NCBI GenBank assembly: GCA_041497895.1
Contig: JBGQHJ010000011.1
Coordinates: 1-56,869 of the forward strand
Source: Candidatus Methylomirabilia bacterium
GTDB taxonomy: Bacteria; Methylomirabilota; Methylomirabilia; Rokubacteriales; CSP1-6
Direction: 5' to 3'
Length of the DNA stretch: 56,869 nucleotides
The position numbers and the translations under genes were made by a program. Below the pieces are notes generated by a model. It was not told the origin of the DNA, did no database searches, and was given only the letters and a program-made list of their open reading frames with translations. Positions 35,461 to 45,500 of this stretch are shown here, one piece after another (positions within the stretch are counted from its first letter, which is position 1; every line of letters begins with the position of its first letter).

Positions 35461-36297
35461 TCAGGCGAGCTCGAAGCCGTGGCGGCGGATGAACGGGCCG
35501 AAGTTGTGCCGCTCCGGCGTCGAGTACTGGCGCGCCTTGTCCTCCGACCAGCCGTAGGGCTCGGTGTATCCGAACCGCTCCACGTAGCGCTGGCTCTCCC
35601 TCGGGGTGACGTGGCGCGCCTCGCGGCGGGTATCGTAGGCGGCGAGCTGCGCAGGCAGGTCGCGGTCGTCGTAGCGGTCGGTGTGCACCGTGATCGTGGG
35701 CGGCAGCCGCAGGCTGATGAAGCCCGCCTGCAGCGGGTACCCGACGCAGAGCCCGGCCACCGGGAACACCCCGGGCGGCAGCTCGAGCAGGGCGGCGAGC
35801 TTCTCGACGTGATTGCGCACCACGCTGATCGGGCAGCAGCCGAGCCCCAGCGCCTCCGCCGCGGTGATGAAGGCCTGGAGCACGAGCCCCGCGTCGACCG
35901 CCGCGTTCATGAACATGTCGAGGGTGTCGTTGGGAAACGGCCGGCCGCGGAGCTCGCTCACCCGACGGATGCGCCGGTTGTCGCCGCAGAACACCATGAA
36001 CCGCGGCGCCTGCACGATCCACGGCATGTCGGGGAGCCACCCGCCGATGGTGGCCTGCCTGGCGCGATCCTTCACCAGCACGATGCCGACCTGCTGGAGA
36101 TCCGACTTCGACGGAGCGGAGAGCGCGGCGGCCAGGGCCACCTCGAGCACGTCGTCGGGCACCGGATCCGGCTTGTAGCGCCGCTGCGTCCGGTGCGAGA
36201 GCAGCAGGGCCAGCGGACCCTCGGCGGGGCGCGCGCGCCCGGCCTCGGTGGGCACGCCGAAGCGATCCTCGATCAGGTCGGCGATGGTCCGGCTCAC
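35461..36297 (-). CDS. Nitroreductase (NfsA-like)
   Basis: HRTQRRY, APSKSDLQ, VDAGL, AEALGLGCC.I, RLP. Confidence 0.88.
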   Translation of the reverse strand: MSRTIADLIEDRFGVPTEAGRARPAEGPLALLLSHRTQRRYKPDPVPDDVLEVALAAALSAPSKSDLQQVGIVLVKDRARQATIGGWLPDMPWIVQAPRFMVFCGDNRRIRRVSELRGRPFPNDTLDMFMNAAVDAGLVLQAFITAAEALGLGCCPISVVRNHVEKLAALLELPPGVFPVAGLCVGYPLQAGFISLRLPPTITVHTDRYDDRDLPAQLAAYDTRREARHVTPRESQRYVERFGYTEPYGWSEDKARQYSTPERHNFGPFIRRHGFELA

Positions 36298-37409
36298 GGG
36301 GTGAGCGCCGCCCGCGTGATCGTGGTGGTCTCGCGGTTGTGCCACTCCGAGGCCGCGAAGGCCTCGTTGATCTGCTCGAGCGGGTACTTGTGCGAGAGGA
36401 TGCGGCTCCACGGCCAGCGCTCGCGGGTGCGCACCAGGAAGTCGAGGGCGCGCGGGATCACCCACGGATCGTACTGGATGACCCCCACGATGCGCTTGGA
36501 GCCCCACACCAGGAGCGAGGGCTCGAGCTCGATCTTGGCCCCGCGGCTGATGGTGCCGATCTCGAGGTAGGTCCCGCCCGAGCGCAGCATCTCGATGCCC
36601 TCCGGGATCACGGCCGGGAAGCCCACGAGGTCGCACGCCACGTCGGCGCCCACGCCGCCCGTCCACTGGCGCACGAGCTTGACGCGCTCGCGGCGGTCCG
36701 TGACCTCCTTGACGTTGATGGTGTGGTCGGCGCCGAAGGCGCGGGCCAGCTCGAGCCGACCCGGGATCTGGTCGACCACGATCACGGTGTCGGCCCCCAT
36801 GTCCTTCGCCACCGCGGTGGCCTGGATGCCGAGGCCCCCCGCGCCCTGGATCACCACCCGATCGCCCTGGCGCACGCCCGCCACGTGCAGGCCGTAGAAG
36901 ACCTGGGAGAGCGCACAGTTCACGCCCGCCACCGCCTCGTCGGAGAGCGCATCCGGGACCGTGAACAAGAACCCGCCCGGCCGCAGGTAGTAGTGATCGG
37001 CGAAGGCGCCGTGCAGGTGCGGAGGCGCGCTCGGGCCGAGCGGGCGCTCGATCTTGTTCGGGCAGGCCGCCGGCTCCTTGTGCAGGCACGCGTAGCAGCG
37101 GCCGCACGGATAGAAGTAGGTGTAGGCGACCCGGTCGCCCTCCTTGAGCGGACGCCCCAATGAATCTGTTTTCACCTTCCCGCCGAGGCGGGCCACGCGC
37201 CCGGTCATCTCGTGGCCGAAGATCCAGCCGTCGTCGGGCAGGCGCAGCGGGGCGTCCCCGCGCCAGAAGTGGAGGTCGGAGCCGCAGATGTTGGCGTGGG
37301 TCACCCGGATCAGCACGCCCTCGGGCTCGATCTCCGGGATCGGCACCGACTTGATCTCGAACGGCTTGCCGGGACCGAAGAAGACGGCGGCGCGGGCGGT
37401 GGTCGCCAT
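36294..37409 (-). CDS. Zinc-dependent alcohol dehydrogenase family
   Basis: ICGSDLH, GHE, CGRCYAC...C, QGAGGLG. Confidence 0.92.
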   Translation of the reverse strand: MATTARAAVFFGPGKPFEIKSVPIPEIEPEGVLIRVTHANICGSDLHFWRGDAPLRLPDDGWIFGHEMTGRVARLGGKVKTDSLGRPLKEGDRVAYTYFYPCGRCYACLHKEPAACPNKIERPLGPSAPPHLHGAFADHYYLRPGGFLFTVPDALSDEAVAGVNCALSQVFYGLHVAGVRQGDRVVIQGAGGLGIQATAVAKDMGADTVIVVDQIPGRLELARAFGADHTINVKEVTDRRERVKLVRQWTGGVGADVACDLVGFPAVIPEGIEMLRSGGTYLEIGTISRGAKIELEPSLLVWGSKRIVGVIQYDPWVIPRALDFLVRTRERWPWSRILSHKYPLEQINEAFAASEWHNRETTTITRAALTP

Positions 37410-37411
37410 GG

Positions 37412-38641
37412 TCAGGCTCCTCGCTCGGCGCCGAGCGCGAACGCGTCGTGGAGCGCCCGCACCGCCAGCTCGGTGTACTTGTCCTCGATCACGCAGGAGA
37501 CCGCGATCTCGGAGGTGGAGATCATCTGGATGTTGATGCCCTCGCGGGACAGGGTCTCGAACATCCGGGCCGCGACCCCGGAGTGGCTCCGCATGCCGAC
37601 GCCCACGATCGAGATCTTGGCCACCCGGTCGTCGGCCACCACGCCCTCCGCCCCGATCTCGCGGGCGAGCGCGCCGAGCACTCCCTCCGCGCGCATCCGG
37701 TCCGCGCGCGGGAGCGTGAACGAGATGTCGGTGAGGCCGTCGCGGCTGATGTTCTGCACGATCATGTCCACCACGATGCTCTGCTTGCCGAGCCCGCCGA
37801 ACACCCGGGAGGCGATGCCGGGCCGGTCGGGCACGCGCAGGATCGAGACCTTGGCCTGCCCCCGGTCGTGGGTGATGCCGGTCACCACCACGTCTTCCAT
37901 GCTGTGATCCTCCCTGGTCACCAGCGTGCCCGGGTCCGGCTTGAAGGTGGAGCGGACGTGGACCGGCACGTTGTACTTCTTGGCGAACTCGACCGAGCGG
38001 GCCTGCAATACCTTGGCCCCCAGCGCGGCCATCTCCAGCATCTCGTCGTAGGAGATGCGCGGCAGCTTGTGCGCGTCGGGCACCACGTTCGGATCGGCGG
38101 TGTAGACGCCGTCCACGTCGGTGAAGATCTCGCACACGTCGGCCTTGAGCGCGGCGGCCAGCGCGACGCCGGTGAGGTCGGAGCCGCCGCGGCCGAGGGT
38201 GGTGATGTCGCCGCCCTCGGTGGTGCCCTGGAAGCCGGCCACCACCGCGACGCGCCCCGCGTCGAGCGCGGCATGGATGCGCTCCGCGCTTATGCGCTTG
38301 ATGCGCGCGCGGGTGTGCGCCTGGTCGGTGACGAGGCCGACCTGCGGGCCGGTGAAGGAGCACGCCGGGTGGCCGAGGGCCTGCAGCGCCATCGCGAGGA
38401 GCCCGATGGTCACCTGCTCGCCGGTGGCCAGCAGCATGTCCATCTCGCGCGGGTCGGGCGTCGGGGTGATCGCGGAGGCGAGCGCGAGCAGCCCGTCGGT
38501 GGTCTTGCCCATCGCGGAGACCACCACCACCAGGCGGTGCCCGAGCCGCGCGGACTCCGCCACGCGCCGGGCGACGTTCTTGATCCTCTCGGGGTCGGCG
38601 ACGGACGAGCCGCCGTACTTCTGGACGATCAGCTGCGCCAT
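37412..38641 (-). CDS. lysC: Aspartate kinase
   Basis: [21 protein letters not shown], two ACT domains. Confidence 0.97.
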   Translation of the reverse strand: MAQLIVQKYGGSSVADPERIKNVARRVAESARLGHRLVVVVSAMGKTTDGLLALASAITPTPDPREMDMLLATGEQVTIGLLAMALQALGHPACSFTGPQVGLVTDQAHTRARIKRISAERIHAALDAGRVAVVAGFQGTTEGGDITTLGRGGSDLTGVALAAALKADVCEIFTDVDGVYTADPNVVPDAHKLPRISYDEMLEMAALGAKVLQARSVEFAKKYNVPVHVRSTFKPDPGTLVTREDHSMEDVVVTGITHDRGQAKVSILRVPDRPGIASRVFGGLGKQSIVVDMIVQNISRDGLTDISFTLPRADRMRAEGVLGALAREIGAEGVVADDRVAKISIVGVGMRSHSGVAARMFETLSREGINIQMISTSEIAVSCVIEDKYTELAVRALHDAFALGAERGA

Positions 38642-38691
38642 GAGAGGGCCATCCTACACGACCCCCGCGAGCAGTGTAAAGTCGCGCCCGA

Positions 38692-39306
38692 TCAGCGCGG
38701 GCGGCGCGCGTCCTCGCGCGCCTTGAGCTCGCGCTGCCGCTCCTGCCGCTTCTCCTGGATCTGCTGGCGGGCGCGCTGCCGCTCCTCCGGCGTCATGCTT
38801 CGCCACCGCTCGAGGTTGCGCTCCATCCGCTCGCGCTGCGCGGGGCTGAGCGCCTGGTAGCGCTCGAAGCGCTGCTGGATCTGTCGCTGGCGCTCCGGCG
38901 GCAGCTGCTGGTAGCGCTGGTAGGCGCGCTCCAGCTCGTGCTTGCGCTCCTCCGGCAGCTGGTTCCACCGCTGGAAGTCCTGCATGATCCGCGCGCGCTC
39001 GCCGGGCGGCATCTGCCGGAGCCGCTGGAGGTTCTGGCGCGCGCTCTGTCGCTCCTCCGGGGAGAGGCTGCGCCAGTGCCGGTAGTTCTCGATGGCGCGC
39101 CGCTGCTGCTCCGGGGTCATGCTGCGCCACCGCTCGAGGTTGCGCTCGGCCAGCGCGCGGTCCTCCGGCGAGAGGCGCTCGAGCCCCTGGATCGCGCCGC
39201 CCGGCGCCGCGGGGGCGGCCGCCGGGGGTGAAGGCGGGGCCTGGGCCGCGGCCGGGCCGGCCAGCAGCGCCAGCAGCCCGAGACACAGCGTGATCCGCCC
39301 GCTCAT
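38692..39306 (-). CDS. Secreted DUF3106-like helical repeat protein
   Basis: Signal peptide; repeated W..L/M[ST]PE.R motifs. Confidence 0.8.
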   Translation of the reverse strand: MSGRITLCLGLLALLAGPAAAQAPPSPPAAAPAAPGGAIQGLERLSPEDRALAERNLERWRSMTPEQQRRAIENYRHWRSLSPEERQSARQNLQRLRQMPPGERARIMQDFQRWNQLPEERKHELERAYQRYQQLPPERQRQIQQRFERYQALSPAQRERMERNLERWRSMTPEERQRARQQIQEKRQERQRELKAREDARRPR

Positions 39307-39307
39307 G

Positions 39308-39622
39308 TCAGCGGCCGTCCCGCGCCGGCGCCGGAGGGGGCTCCGGGGCGGACGGGCCCGTCGCCGGGCCGGCCGCATCCTGCGCGCGCTCGACCTCGAG
39401 CATGCGCATGCGCTCGAGGAGCCCCATCCGGCGGGCCACCTCGCGGTCCCGTGCGTAGTCGGGGCTGCTCAGCAGGTCCAGGTCTCTCAGCATCTCCGCG
39501 TCCACCGCCTCCGGCGCGCCGGCGCGCTTCGTCGTCGCGCCCCGCTCGGCCGCGCCCACCTCGATCGTCGTCCCGGCCAGCGCAATCACCAGCAGGCCGG
39601 CCAGCCAGCGCCCCGCGCCCAC
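39308..39622 (-). CDS. Small exported protein in ECF operon
   Basis: Signal/TM; MLRDLDLL motif; tightly packed between neighbours. Confidence 0.65.
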   Translation of the reverse strand: MGAGRWLAGLLVIALAGTTIEVGAAERGATTKRAGAPEAVDAEMLRDLDLLSSPDYARDREVARRMGLLERMRMLEVERAQDAAGPATGPSAPEPPPAPARDGR

Positions 39623-39625
39623 CGC

Positions 39626-40120
39626 TCAGCTCTTGCTCGGTCCCGGCACCTCGTCGAGCTCGCTGATGACGTTGAAGTCCTCGAGCAGGTCGAGCTGCTG
39701 CACCACGTCGAGCCGGGCGATCATGTCGAGCCGGCTCGCGAGGATCGTGTTGTCGAGCGCGAGCGGGTCGGGCGTGCCGGGGGCGTGCAGCCCGGGCAGC
39801 CCCGCCACCACCAGCACCGCGACCAGCGCCGCCGCCACCAGGGCCGGCACCGGCCGCCCGATCCAGGCCCAGCCCGCCCCGCGACGGCCGGTCCCGCGCT
39901 CGATCCGCTCGCGCAGCTCGGCCCGGTAGGCGCCCCAGTGGATGGGCGGGGCCGGCGGCGCGGTGCGGGCCAGCGCGGTCATGACCTGCGCGAAGCCCTC
40001 CCGGGCCGCGCGGCACTCCGCGCAATCGGCCAGGTGGACGTCCACCCGTGCCCGCTCCCGGGAGTCGAGCTCGCCCCGCAGATGATCCACCAGCAGCTCG
40101 TCCACGTGTACGTCGTTCAT
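39626..40120 (-). CDS. Zinc-finger (ZAS) transmembrane anti-sigma factor
   Basis: HLADCAEC (HxxxCxxC), TM; ATGA overlap with sigma. Confidence 0.88.
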   Translation of the reverse strand: MNDVHVDELLVDHLRGELDSRERARVDVHLADCAECRAAREGFAQVMTALARTAPPAPPIHWGAYRAELRERIERGTGRRGAGWAWIGRPVPALVAAALVAVLVVAGLPGLHAPGTPDPLALDNTILASRLDMIARLDVVQQLDLLEDFNVISELDEVPGPSKS

Positions 40121-40722
40121 GCCCGATCTCCGATCCGCCGTCTGAGGGCTGTGAGCGCGCGGTGCAGGTGCACCCGCACCGTCGCCTCGGACAGGCTCAG
40201 CACGGCGGCGATGTCCTTGGTCGCCAGCCCCTCGCGGCAGGAGAGCGTCACCGCCGCGCGCTGCTGGGGCGACAGCTCCTCCACCAGCGCCCATACCTGG
40301 CTCATGCGCCGCTCCGCGTCCAGGCCGTCCGCGGGATCCGTGAACGGCGCGGGCGCCTGCTCGACCGGATCCGGCTCGTCGGACGCCTCGTCGCGCCGGT
40401 CGCGCCAGCCGAGCAGCTGCCGCCAGCCCCGCCCGCGGCGCTTCTGGTCGAGACAGCAGTTGACCAGGATGCGATAGAACCAGGTCGAGAACTTCGACTG
40501 GCCCGCGAAGGAGCCGGCCGACTCGTGGAGCCGGATGAACGCTTCCTGGGAGCAGTCCCGCGCTTCCTCCCGGTCGCGCACGACGGACCATGCGATCCGG
40601 TACGCCCGCTCCTGGTATCGCTCGACCAGGAGGTCGAAGGCCCCCGGCTTCCGCTCCGCCACCGCACGGCATAGCTCCTCATCGCTCGACTCCACGGGCG
40701 CCTCTCGCCCCGATCTTCCCAT
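40117..40722 (-). CDS. ECF sigma-70 factor
   Basis: AFDLLVERY, QEAF, FSTWFYRILVN, ATVRVHLHRA. Confidence 0.92.
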   Translation of the reverse strand: MGRSGREAPVESSDEELCRAVAERKPGAFDLLVERYQERAYRIAWSVVRDREEARDCSQEAFIRLHESAGSFAGQSKFSTWFYRILVNCCLDQKRRGRGWRQLLGWRDRRDEASDEPDPVEQAPAPFTDPADGLDAERRMSQVWALVEELSPQQRAAVTLSCREGLATKDIAAVLSLSEATVRVHLHRALTALRRRIGDRA

Positions 40723-40760
40723 ACGCGCGCAGCCCGCTCCAAGCCTCTGGCCCCGCGCGG

Positions 40761-40800
40761 CCGGCTCCGGGAGCGCACGCGGCCGCGCTCCCGGAGCCGG
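40761..40800. repeat. 16-bp perfect hairpin in intergenic spacer
   Basis: CCGGCTCCGGGAGCGC / GCGCTCCCGGAGCCGG. Confidence 0.75.
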
Positions 40801-40809
40801 ATCCGCCCC

Positions 40810-41271
40810 CTACTTGCCGCTCTTCTCCGCGACGTCCCGCCGCAGGTCGCGGCGGTCGCGGTGCACGTCCCGCACGTCCTGGCGCCGGTCCCGCTTGTCC
40901 TGCCGGAGGTCGCGTCCGTCCTGTCGCCGGTCCTTCAGATCGCCCCGCAGGTCCCGACGGTCGCCCCGCAGGTCCTGCCTGGCGCCCTTGACCGCATTCG
41001 GATCACCGGACTTGTAGGCGTCCCGCAGGTCCTTGCGGTCGCCCTGCAGCTCGCGCCGATCGCCGCGGATCTCCCTCGTGTCGCTTCCGATCTCGCGCCG
41101 GTCCCCGCGGATGTCGCGGGAGTCCTGGCGGACGTCGCGCCGGTCCTGCCGCAAATCCCGGACGTCGTTCCGGATCTCCTGCGCCGACACGGTCGTCGAG
41201 AGCAGCCCGACCGCCATGCCCGCCGCCGCCACCGCCAGCGTCCGCGCCAGCCAACCAGAGTGCATCTTCAT
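40810..41271 (-). CDS. Secreted Arg/Asp heptad-repeat protein
   Basis: SD AGGAGG; signal peptide; about 14 xRD[LIV]RxD heptads. Confidence 0.8.
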   Translation of the reverse strand: MKMHSGWLARTLAVAAAGMAVGLLSTTVSAQEIRNDVRDLRQDRRDVRQDSRDIRGDRREIGSDTREIRGDRRELQGDRKDLRDAYKSGDPNAVKGARQDLRGDRRDLRGDLKDRRQDGRDLRQDKRDRRQDVRDVHRDRRDLRRDVAEKSGK

Positions 41272-41335
41272 CGATATCCTCCTGGATTTGCAGGTATTTT
41301 TGGGCCGAGGCCCGGGGTGCTGCGATCACTTCATG

Positions 41336-41364
41336 AGACGCGGCGGGGCCGACGCGCGTTTACA
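41336..41364 (-). promoter_or_regulatory. Putative ECF-type promoter
   Basis: TGTAAAC-17-CGTCT upstream of ECF operon. Confidence 0.55.
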
Positions 41365-41427
41365 CGGTTGACGCGAGCGCGCCAATTCTTCTTGGTGTTC
41401 GGCGGGGTTGCTCTCTACGCTGGCGGC

Positions 41428-41619
41428 ATGTGGATCGGCGCGGCGATCCTGGCGCTCCTGGTGGTGGTGGCGATGCCGGCGCTCATCGAGGCCGGCACCC
41501 CGAGCCTGCGCGGGCTCGCCTGGCTGGTCGTGGTGGTGGGAGCGACGGTGCTGCTGATCGACCTGGCCGACCGGCTCACCGAGTGGGTGGAGCGCCGGCG
41601 GTGGGGCCGCCGCCGCTAG
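41428..41619 (+). CDS. Small two-TM membrane protein
   Basis: MWIGAAILALL...; TACGCT 6 nt before ATG. Confidence 0.6.
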   Translation: MWIGAAILALLVVVAMPALIEAGTPSLRGLAWLVVVVGATVLLIDLADRLTEWVERRRWGRRR

Positions 41620-41650
41620 CGCTCGGCCCGCCTCGACTCGCGCCCCGCGG

Positions 41651-42649
41651 TCACCGCTCCGACGACGCGATCTGCGCCACGTCGACCCGGGTGGCGTCTG
41701 TCAACCGGACGTGCTCCAGGAACAGGCACACCAGCCCGAGCGCGGTCACCGGGAAGAACTGCGAGGCGTGCAGGAGCAGCGAGAAGGACAGCGCCTCGGT
41801 GCGCGGCACCGCGAAGAGGGCGAGGGCGAGCACGGTCGCGGCCTGGATCACGCCGACGAAGCCCGGGCTCGACGGCAGGCTCACGCCCAGGCCCAGGAAG
41901 GCGAGCACGGTCCACGCCGCGGCGAGCGGCAGGTCGAGGTGGGCCGCGTGCAGCCCGGTCCACACCGACAGGGCCAGGAAGAACCAGATCCCCACCGAGT
42001 AGAGCGTGATCGGAATCACGTGACGGGGCGACCGGAGCCCGCGCAGCCCCTCGGTCATGGTGCCGAGCATGCTGAGCATCCGCCCCTCGAGCCAGCCGAT
42101 CCGGTGAAAGAAGGTCTCGATGAGCGCGCGCGAGGCGTTGGGGGCGGCCGCGATCAGGACCAGCAGCAGGATCCCGAGCAGGTCGACGGCCAGGAAGAGC
42201 AGGATGGACCAGCGCAGCTCGCCGGGCACCGCCACCACCAGCAGCACGCCTCCGACGAGCAGGCCAAGGGCTAGCCCGTCGAGAACGCGCTCCACCACCA
42301 CGGTGGCGAAGGCCGTCCAGAAGCGCGGGCCGTGGCGCGAGGCCACGTAGATCCGCACGATCTCGCCGGCCCGGAGCGGGAGCAGGTTGTTGCCCATGTA
42401 GCCCACCAGCAGCGCGCGAAAGAGGTGGCCCGAGCGCGCGCCGGGCGCGAACAGGTAGCGCCATCGCCGGGCGCGGGCCCACAGCGAGAGGAAGTTGAGC
42501 GCGACGCTCAGGGCGAGGAAGCCCCAGAGGGTCTCGCGGAGCCGCCCGCCGACCACGCGGAGGTCGACGTCCCAGAAGAAGTACACCAGGAGCCCGACGC
42601 TCACCACCAGGCCGAGGAGGATCTTCCCCAGCCGCCCGTACGACGGCAT
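41651..42649 (-). CDS. Lysylphosphatidylglycerol synthase TM-domain (flippase-like) protein
   Basis: RARRW, NNLLPLRAGE, VERVLD, PSSPGFVG. Confidence 0.88.
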   Translation of the reverse strand: MPSYGRLGKILLGLVVSVGLLVYFFWDVDLRVVGGRLRETLWGFLALSVALNFLSLWARARRWRYLFAPGARSGHLFRALLVGYMGNNLLPLRAGEIVRIYVASRHGPRFWTAFATVVVERVLDGLALGLLVGGVLLVVAVPGELRWSILLFLAVDLLGILLLVLIAAAPNASRALIETFFHRIGWLEGRMLSMLGTMTEGLRGLRSPRHVIPITLYSVGIWFFLALSVWTGLHAAHLDLPLAAAWTVLAFLGLGVSLPSSPGFVGVIQAATVLALALFAVPRTEALSFSLLLHASQFFPVTALGLVCLFLEHVRLTDATRVDVAQIASSER

Positions 42650-42686
42650 CCGGATCGGGCTCAGCGTCCGAGCGGGTCGGCCACGC

Positions 42687-43985
42687 TCACGCCTCGACCC
42701 GGATCATGGTCGTCCGCGCGGCCACCACCGGCAGCTTGTCGATGGCCGCGAGGGCCGCGCGCATGTCCCGCTCCCGCGCCTCGTGCGTCATCATCACCAC
42801 CGGCACCGCCTCGTGACGCGCACGCTCCTTCTGGAGCACCGAGACCAGCGAGATGTCGTGCTGGCCCAGGATGCCCGCGACCTGGGCGAGGACGCCGGGC
42901 CGATCCATCGCCATCACGCGCAGGTAGTAGGCCGAGCGGATGTCGTCGACCGGCCGCAGGGGGAGCGGGCTCCGGCCGGTCGAGGGGAGATCGGTGTCGA
43001 GCGCGGGGATGCCGTGGGCCACGCGGCGGGCGATCTCGATGGTGTCGGACCAGATCGCGGAGGCGGTGGGGAGCTGGCCGGCCCCGCGCCCGTAGAACAT
43101 GAGATCGCCCACGTTGTCCCCGGTGATGAAGACCGCGTTGAACACGCCGGAGACCGCGGCGAGTGGGGAGCCCGCCGGGATCATGGTGGGGTTCACGCGG
43201 AGCTCCAGGGCCCCCTCGGAGGCCTTGGCGATCGCGAGCAGCTTGATGCGGTAGCCGAGCTCGGTCGCGTTCACCACGTCCTGCTGGCCCACCGCGGTGA
43301 TGCCCTCGGTGTAGATGTCCTTCAGGTCGACCGCGGTGCGGAAGGCCAGCGTGGCCAGGATCTGCAGCTTGTGGGCCGAGTCGAGCCCTTCGATGTCGAG
43401 CGTCGGGTCGGCCTCCGCGTAGCCGTGGGCCTGCGCCTCCTTGAGGACCTCGCCGAAGTCACGCCCCTCGTCGGTCATCTTGGAGAGGATGTAGTTGCAC
43501 GTGCCGTTGACGATGCCGAAGGCGGAGAGGATGCGGTTGGCGGGCAGGCCGTCCTTCACCGCGCGGATGAGCGGGATGCCGCCCGCGACCGCGGCCTCGA
43601 ACCCGAGCATGACCCGGTTGCGCCGCGCCTCCTCGAACAGCTCCGGCCCGTGGTGGGCGAGCAGCGCCTTGTTCGCGGTGACCACGTGCTTGCCCGCCTG
43701 GAGCGCCCGGAGGATGAACGTCCGCGCCGGCTCGAGCCCGCCGATCAGCTCGATCACGATCTGCACCGCGGGATCGTCGATGGCCTGGACCGCGTCGCGC
43801 GTGAGCGGCAGGCTCGCGAGGTCGAGCCCCTCGCGGGGCCGCGTGAGGTCCGCGTCGGCGACGCGCCCGAGGGCCAGGCGGCATCCCGCGCGCTCGGTCA
43901 GCTCGACGCCGTGGCTCGCGAGGATCTTCACCACTCCGCAGCCGACCGTGCCGAGGCCTAGAAGGGCGATCTTGATCTCGTTCAT
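42687..43985 (-). CDS. hom: Homoserine dehydrogenase
   Basis: GLGTVG, VVTANKA, EAAVAGGIP, NGTCNYIL, YAEADP, ACT domain. Confidence 0.96.
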   Translation of the reverse strand: MNEIKIALLGLGTVGCGVVKILASHGVELTERAGCRLALGRVADADLTRPREGLDLASLPLTRDAVQAIDDPAVQIVIELIGGLEPARTFILRALQAGKHVVTANKALLAHHGPELFEEARRNRVMLGFEAAVAGGIPLIRAVKDGLPANRILSAFGIVNGTCNYILSKMTDEGRDFGEVLKEAQAHGYAEADPTLDIEGLDSAHKLQILATLAFRTAVDLKDIYTEGITAVGQQDVVNATELGYRIKLLAIAKASEGALELRVNPTMIPAGSPLAAVSGVFNAVFITGDNVGDLMFYGRGAGQLPTASAIWSDTIEIARRVAHGIPALDTDLPSTGRSPLPLRPVDDIRSAYYLRVMAMDRPGVLAQVAGILGQHDISLVSVLQKERARHEAVPVVMMTHEARERDMRAALAAIDKLPVVAARTTMIRVEA

Positions 43986-44051
43986 GGATCCATTGGCGGC
44001 CGCCCGGGTGGCCGACACCCGGGCGAGCCCGTGAGCCGCTCCCGGCGCGCG

Positions 44052-45224
44052 CTACCGGCCGGTCAGGGTCTTGAGGCCGCGCAGGGCCTGTCGGATGCGC
44101 TGCGCGTTCTCGACGAGGGCGAAGCGGACATGGCCGTCGCCGTACTCGCCGAAGCCGATGCCCGGGGACACCGCGACCTTGCACTCCTGGATGAGCAGCT
44201 TGGAGAACTCGAGCGAGCCCATGCTCCGGAAGGCCTCCGGGATGGGAGCCCACACGAACATCGTCCCCTTGGGCTTGGGCACGCACCAGCCGATCTTGTT
44301 GAGGCCGTCGACGAGCACGTCCCGACGCTTGCGGTGCAGCTCGACGATGTCGCTCACGCAGCCCTGCTCGCCCTCCAGCGCGATGATCGCCGCGATCTGG
44401 ATGGGCTGGAAGGCGCCGTAGTCGAGGTAGGACTTGATGCGGGCAAGCGCGTTGACCATCCGGGGGTTGCCGCACACGAAGCCGACCCGCCAGCCCGGCA
44501 TGTTGTACGACTTCGACAGCGAGAAGATCTCGACCCCCACGTCCTTGGCTCCCGGGATCTCCAGAAACGAGGGCGGCTGATATCCGTCGTAGGCGAAGTC
44601 GGCGTAGGCGAAGTCGTGCACCACCATCAGCTGGTGCTCGCGCGCAAAGTCCACCACCTTGACGAAGAAGTCCCGGTCAACGCAGAGGGTGGTCGGGTTG
44701 TGCGGGAAGGAGAGGATCAGCAGCTTGGCCTTGGGCCAGGCGAGCCGGGCCGTCTCCTGCAGCCTCGCGAAGAAGTCGTCGCCCGGGATGAGGGGCACCG
44801 AGCGCAGGTCGCCGTCCGCGATCACCACCGAGTAGGAGTGGATCGGGTAGGTCGGGTTGGGCACCAGCACCCCGTCGCCCGGCTGGAGCACCGCCAGGGC
44901 CAGGTGGGCCATGCCCTCCTTGGCGCCGATGGTCACGATGGCCTCGGTCTCCGGGTCCAGGTCGACCCCGTAGCGGGTGCGGTACCAGGTCGTGACCGCC
45001 TTCCGCAGCCGGGTGATCCCCCTGGAGGCCGAGTAGCGATGGTTGCGGGGGTTGCGGGCCGCCTCCACCAGCTTGTTGACGATGTGCTTGGGCGTCTCCT
45101 GGTCAGGATTGCCCATCCCCAGGTCGATGATGTCCTCGCCCTTGGCGCGCGCCTTCGACTTCAGATCGTTGACGATCGCGAAGACGTAGGGAGGGAGGCG
45201 CTTGATTCGGTAGAACTCGTCCAT
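44052..45224 (-). CDS. alaC: Class I PLP aminotransferase (AlaC-like)
   Basis: LPPYVF, GMGNPD, KSYLDYG, SPGIGFG; upstream of hom. Confidence 0.75.
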   Translation of the reverse strand: MDEFYRIKRLPPYVFAIVNDLKSKARAKGEDIIDLGMGNPDQETPKHIVNKLVEAARNPRNHRYSASRGITRLRKAVTTWYRTRYGVDLDPETEAIVTIGAKEGMAHLALAVLQPGDGVLVPNPTYPIHSYSVVIADGDLRSVPLIPGDDFFARLQETARLAWPKAKLLILSFPHNPTTLCVDRDFFVKVVDFAREHQLMVVHDFAYADFAYDGYQPPSFLEIPGAKDVGVEIFSLSKSYNMPGWRVGFVCGNPRMVNALARIKSYLDYGAFQPIQIAAIIALEGEQGCVSDIVELHRKRRDVLVDGLNKIGWCVPKPKGTMFVWAPIPEAFRSMGSLEFSKLLIQECKVAVSPGIGFGEYGDGHVRFALVENAQRIRQALRGLKTLTGR

Positions 45225-45334
45225 GGTTTCGTCTCCAGAGAATTCGATCATACTGTGCCGCTCTCGCGAGTGTCAACGAAGTCTCCTGATGCCGCGCGGG
45301 GATAGCGCGCACGCCCCGCGATGGGGGGCGGGGG

Positions 45335-45364
45335 TTGACACCCTTTCGAAGGGCGTGCTAGAAG
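45335..45364 (+). promoter_or_regulatory. sigma70-type promoter for bactofilin operon
   Basis: TTGACA-18-TAGAAG with TG extension. Confidence 0.55.
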
Positions 45365-45500
45365 TGCCTTACCGGGCGAACCCGTAACCAGCACCCACCC
45401 TTCCAGTACGCTCCGAGCGGTCAGTCGAGTTTCCCGGCCCCCACGGGGGCCCCAGGGCCCGGCAGGACGGCAGTCACAGCGCGTCGAGGGGACGAGTCTT

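Noticed and set aside
40860..41170. CRISPR-like periodicity
   Set aside because: 21-nt degenerate coding repeats without unique spacers; no cas genes.
45370..45395. c-di-AMP (ydaO) riboswitch suggested by CGAACCCGT
   Set aside because: Other conserved segments are absent; explained by a simple hairpin.
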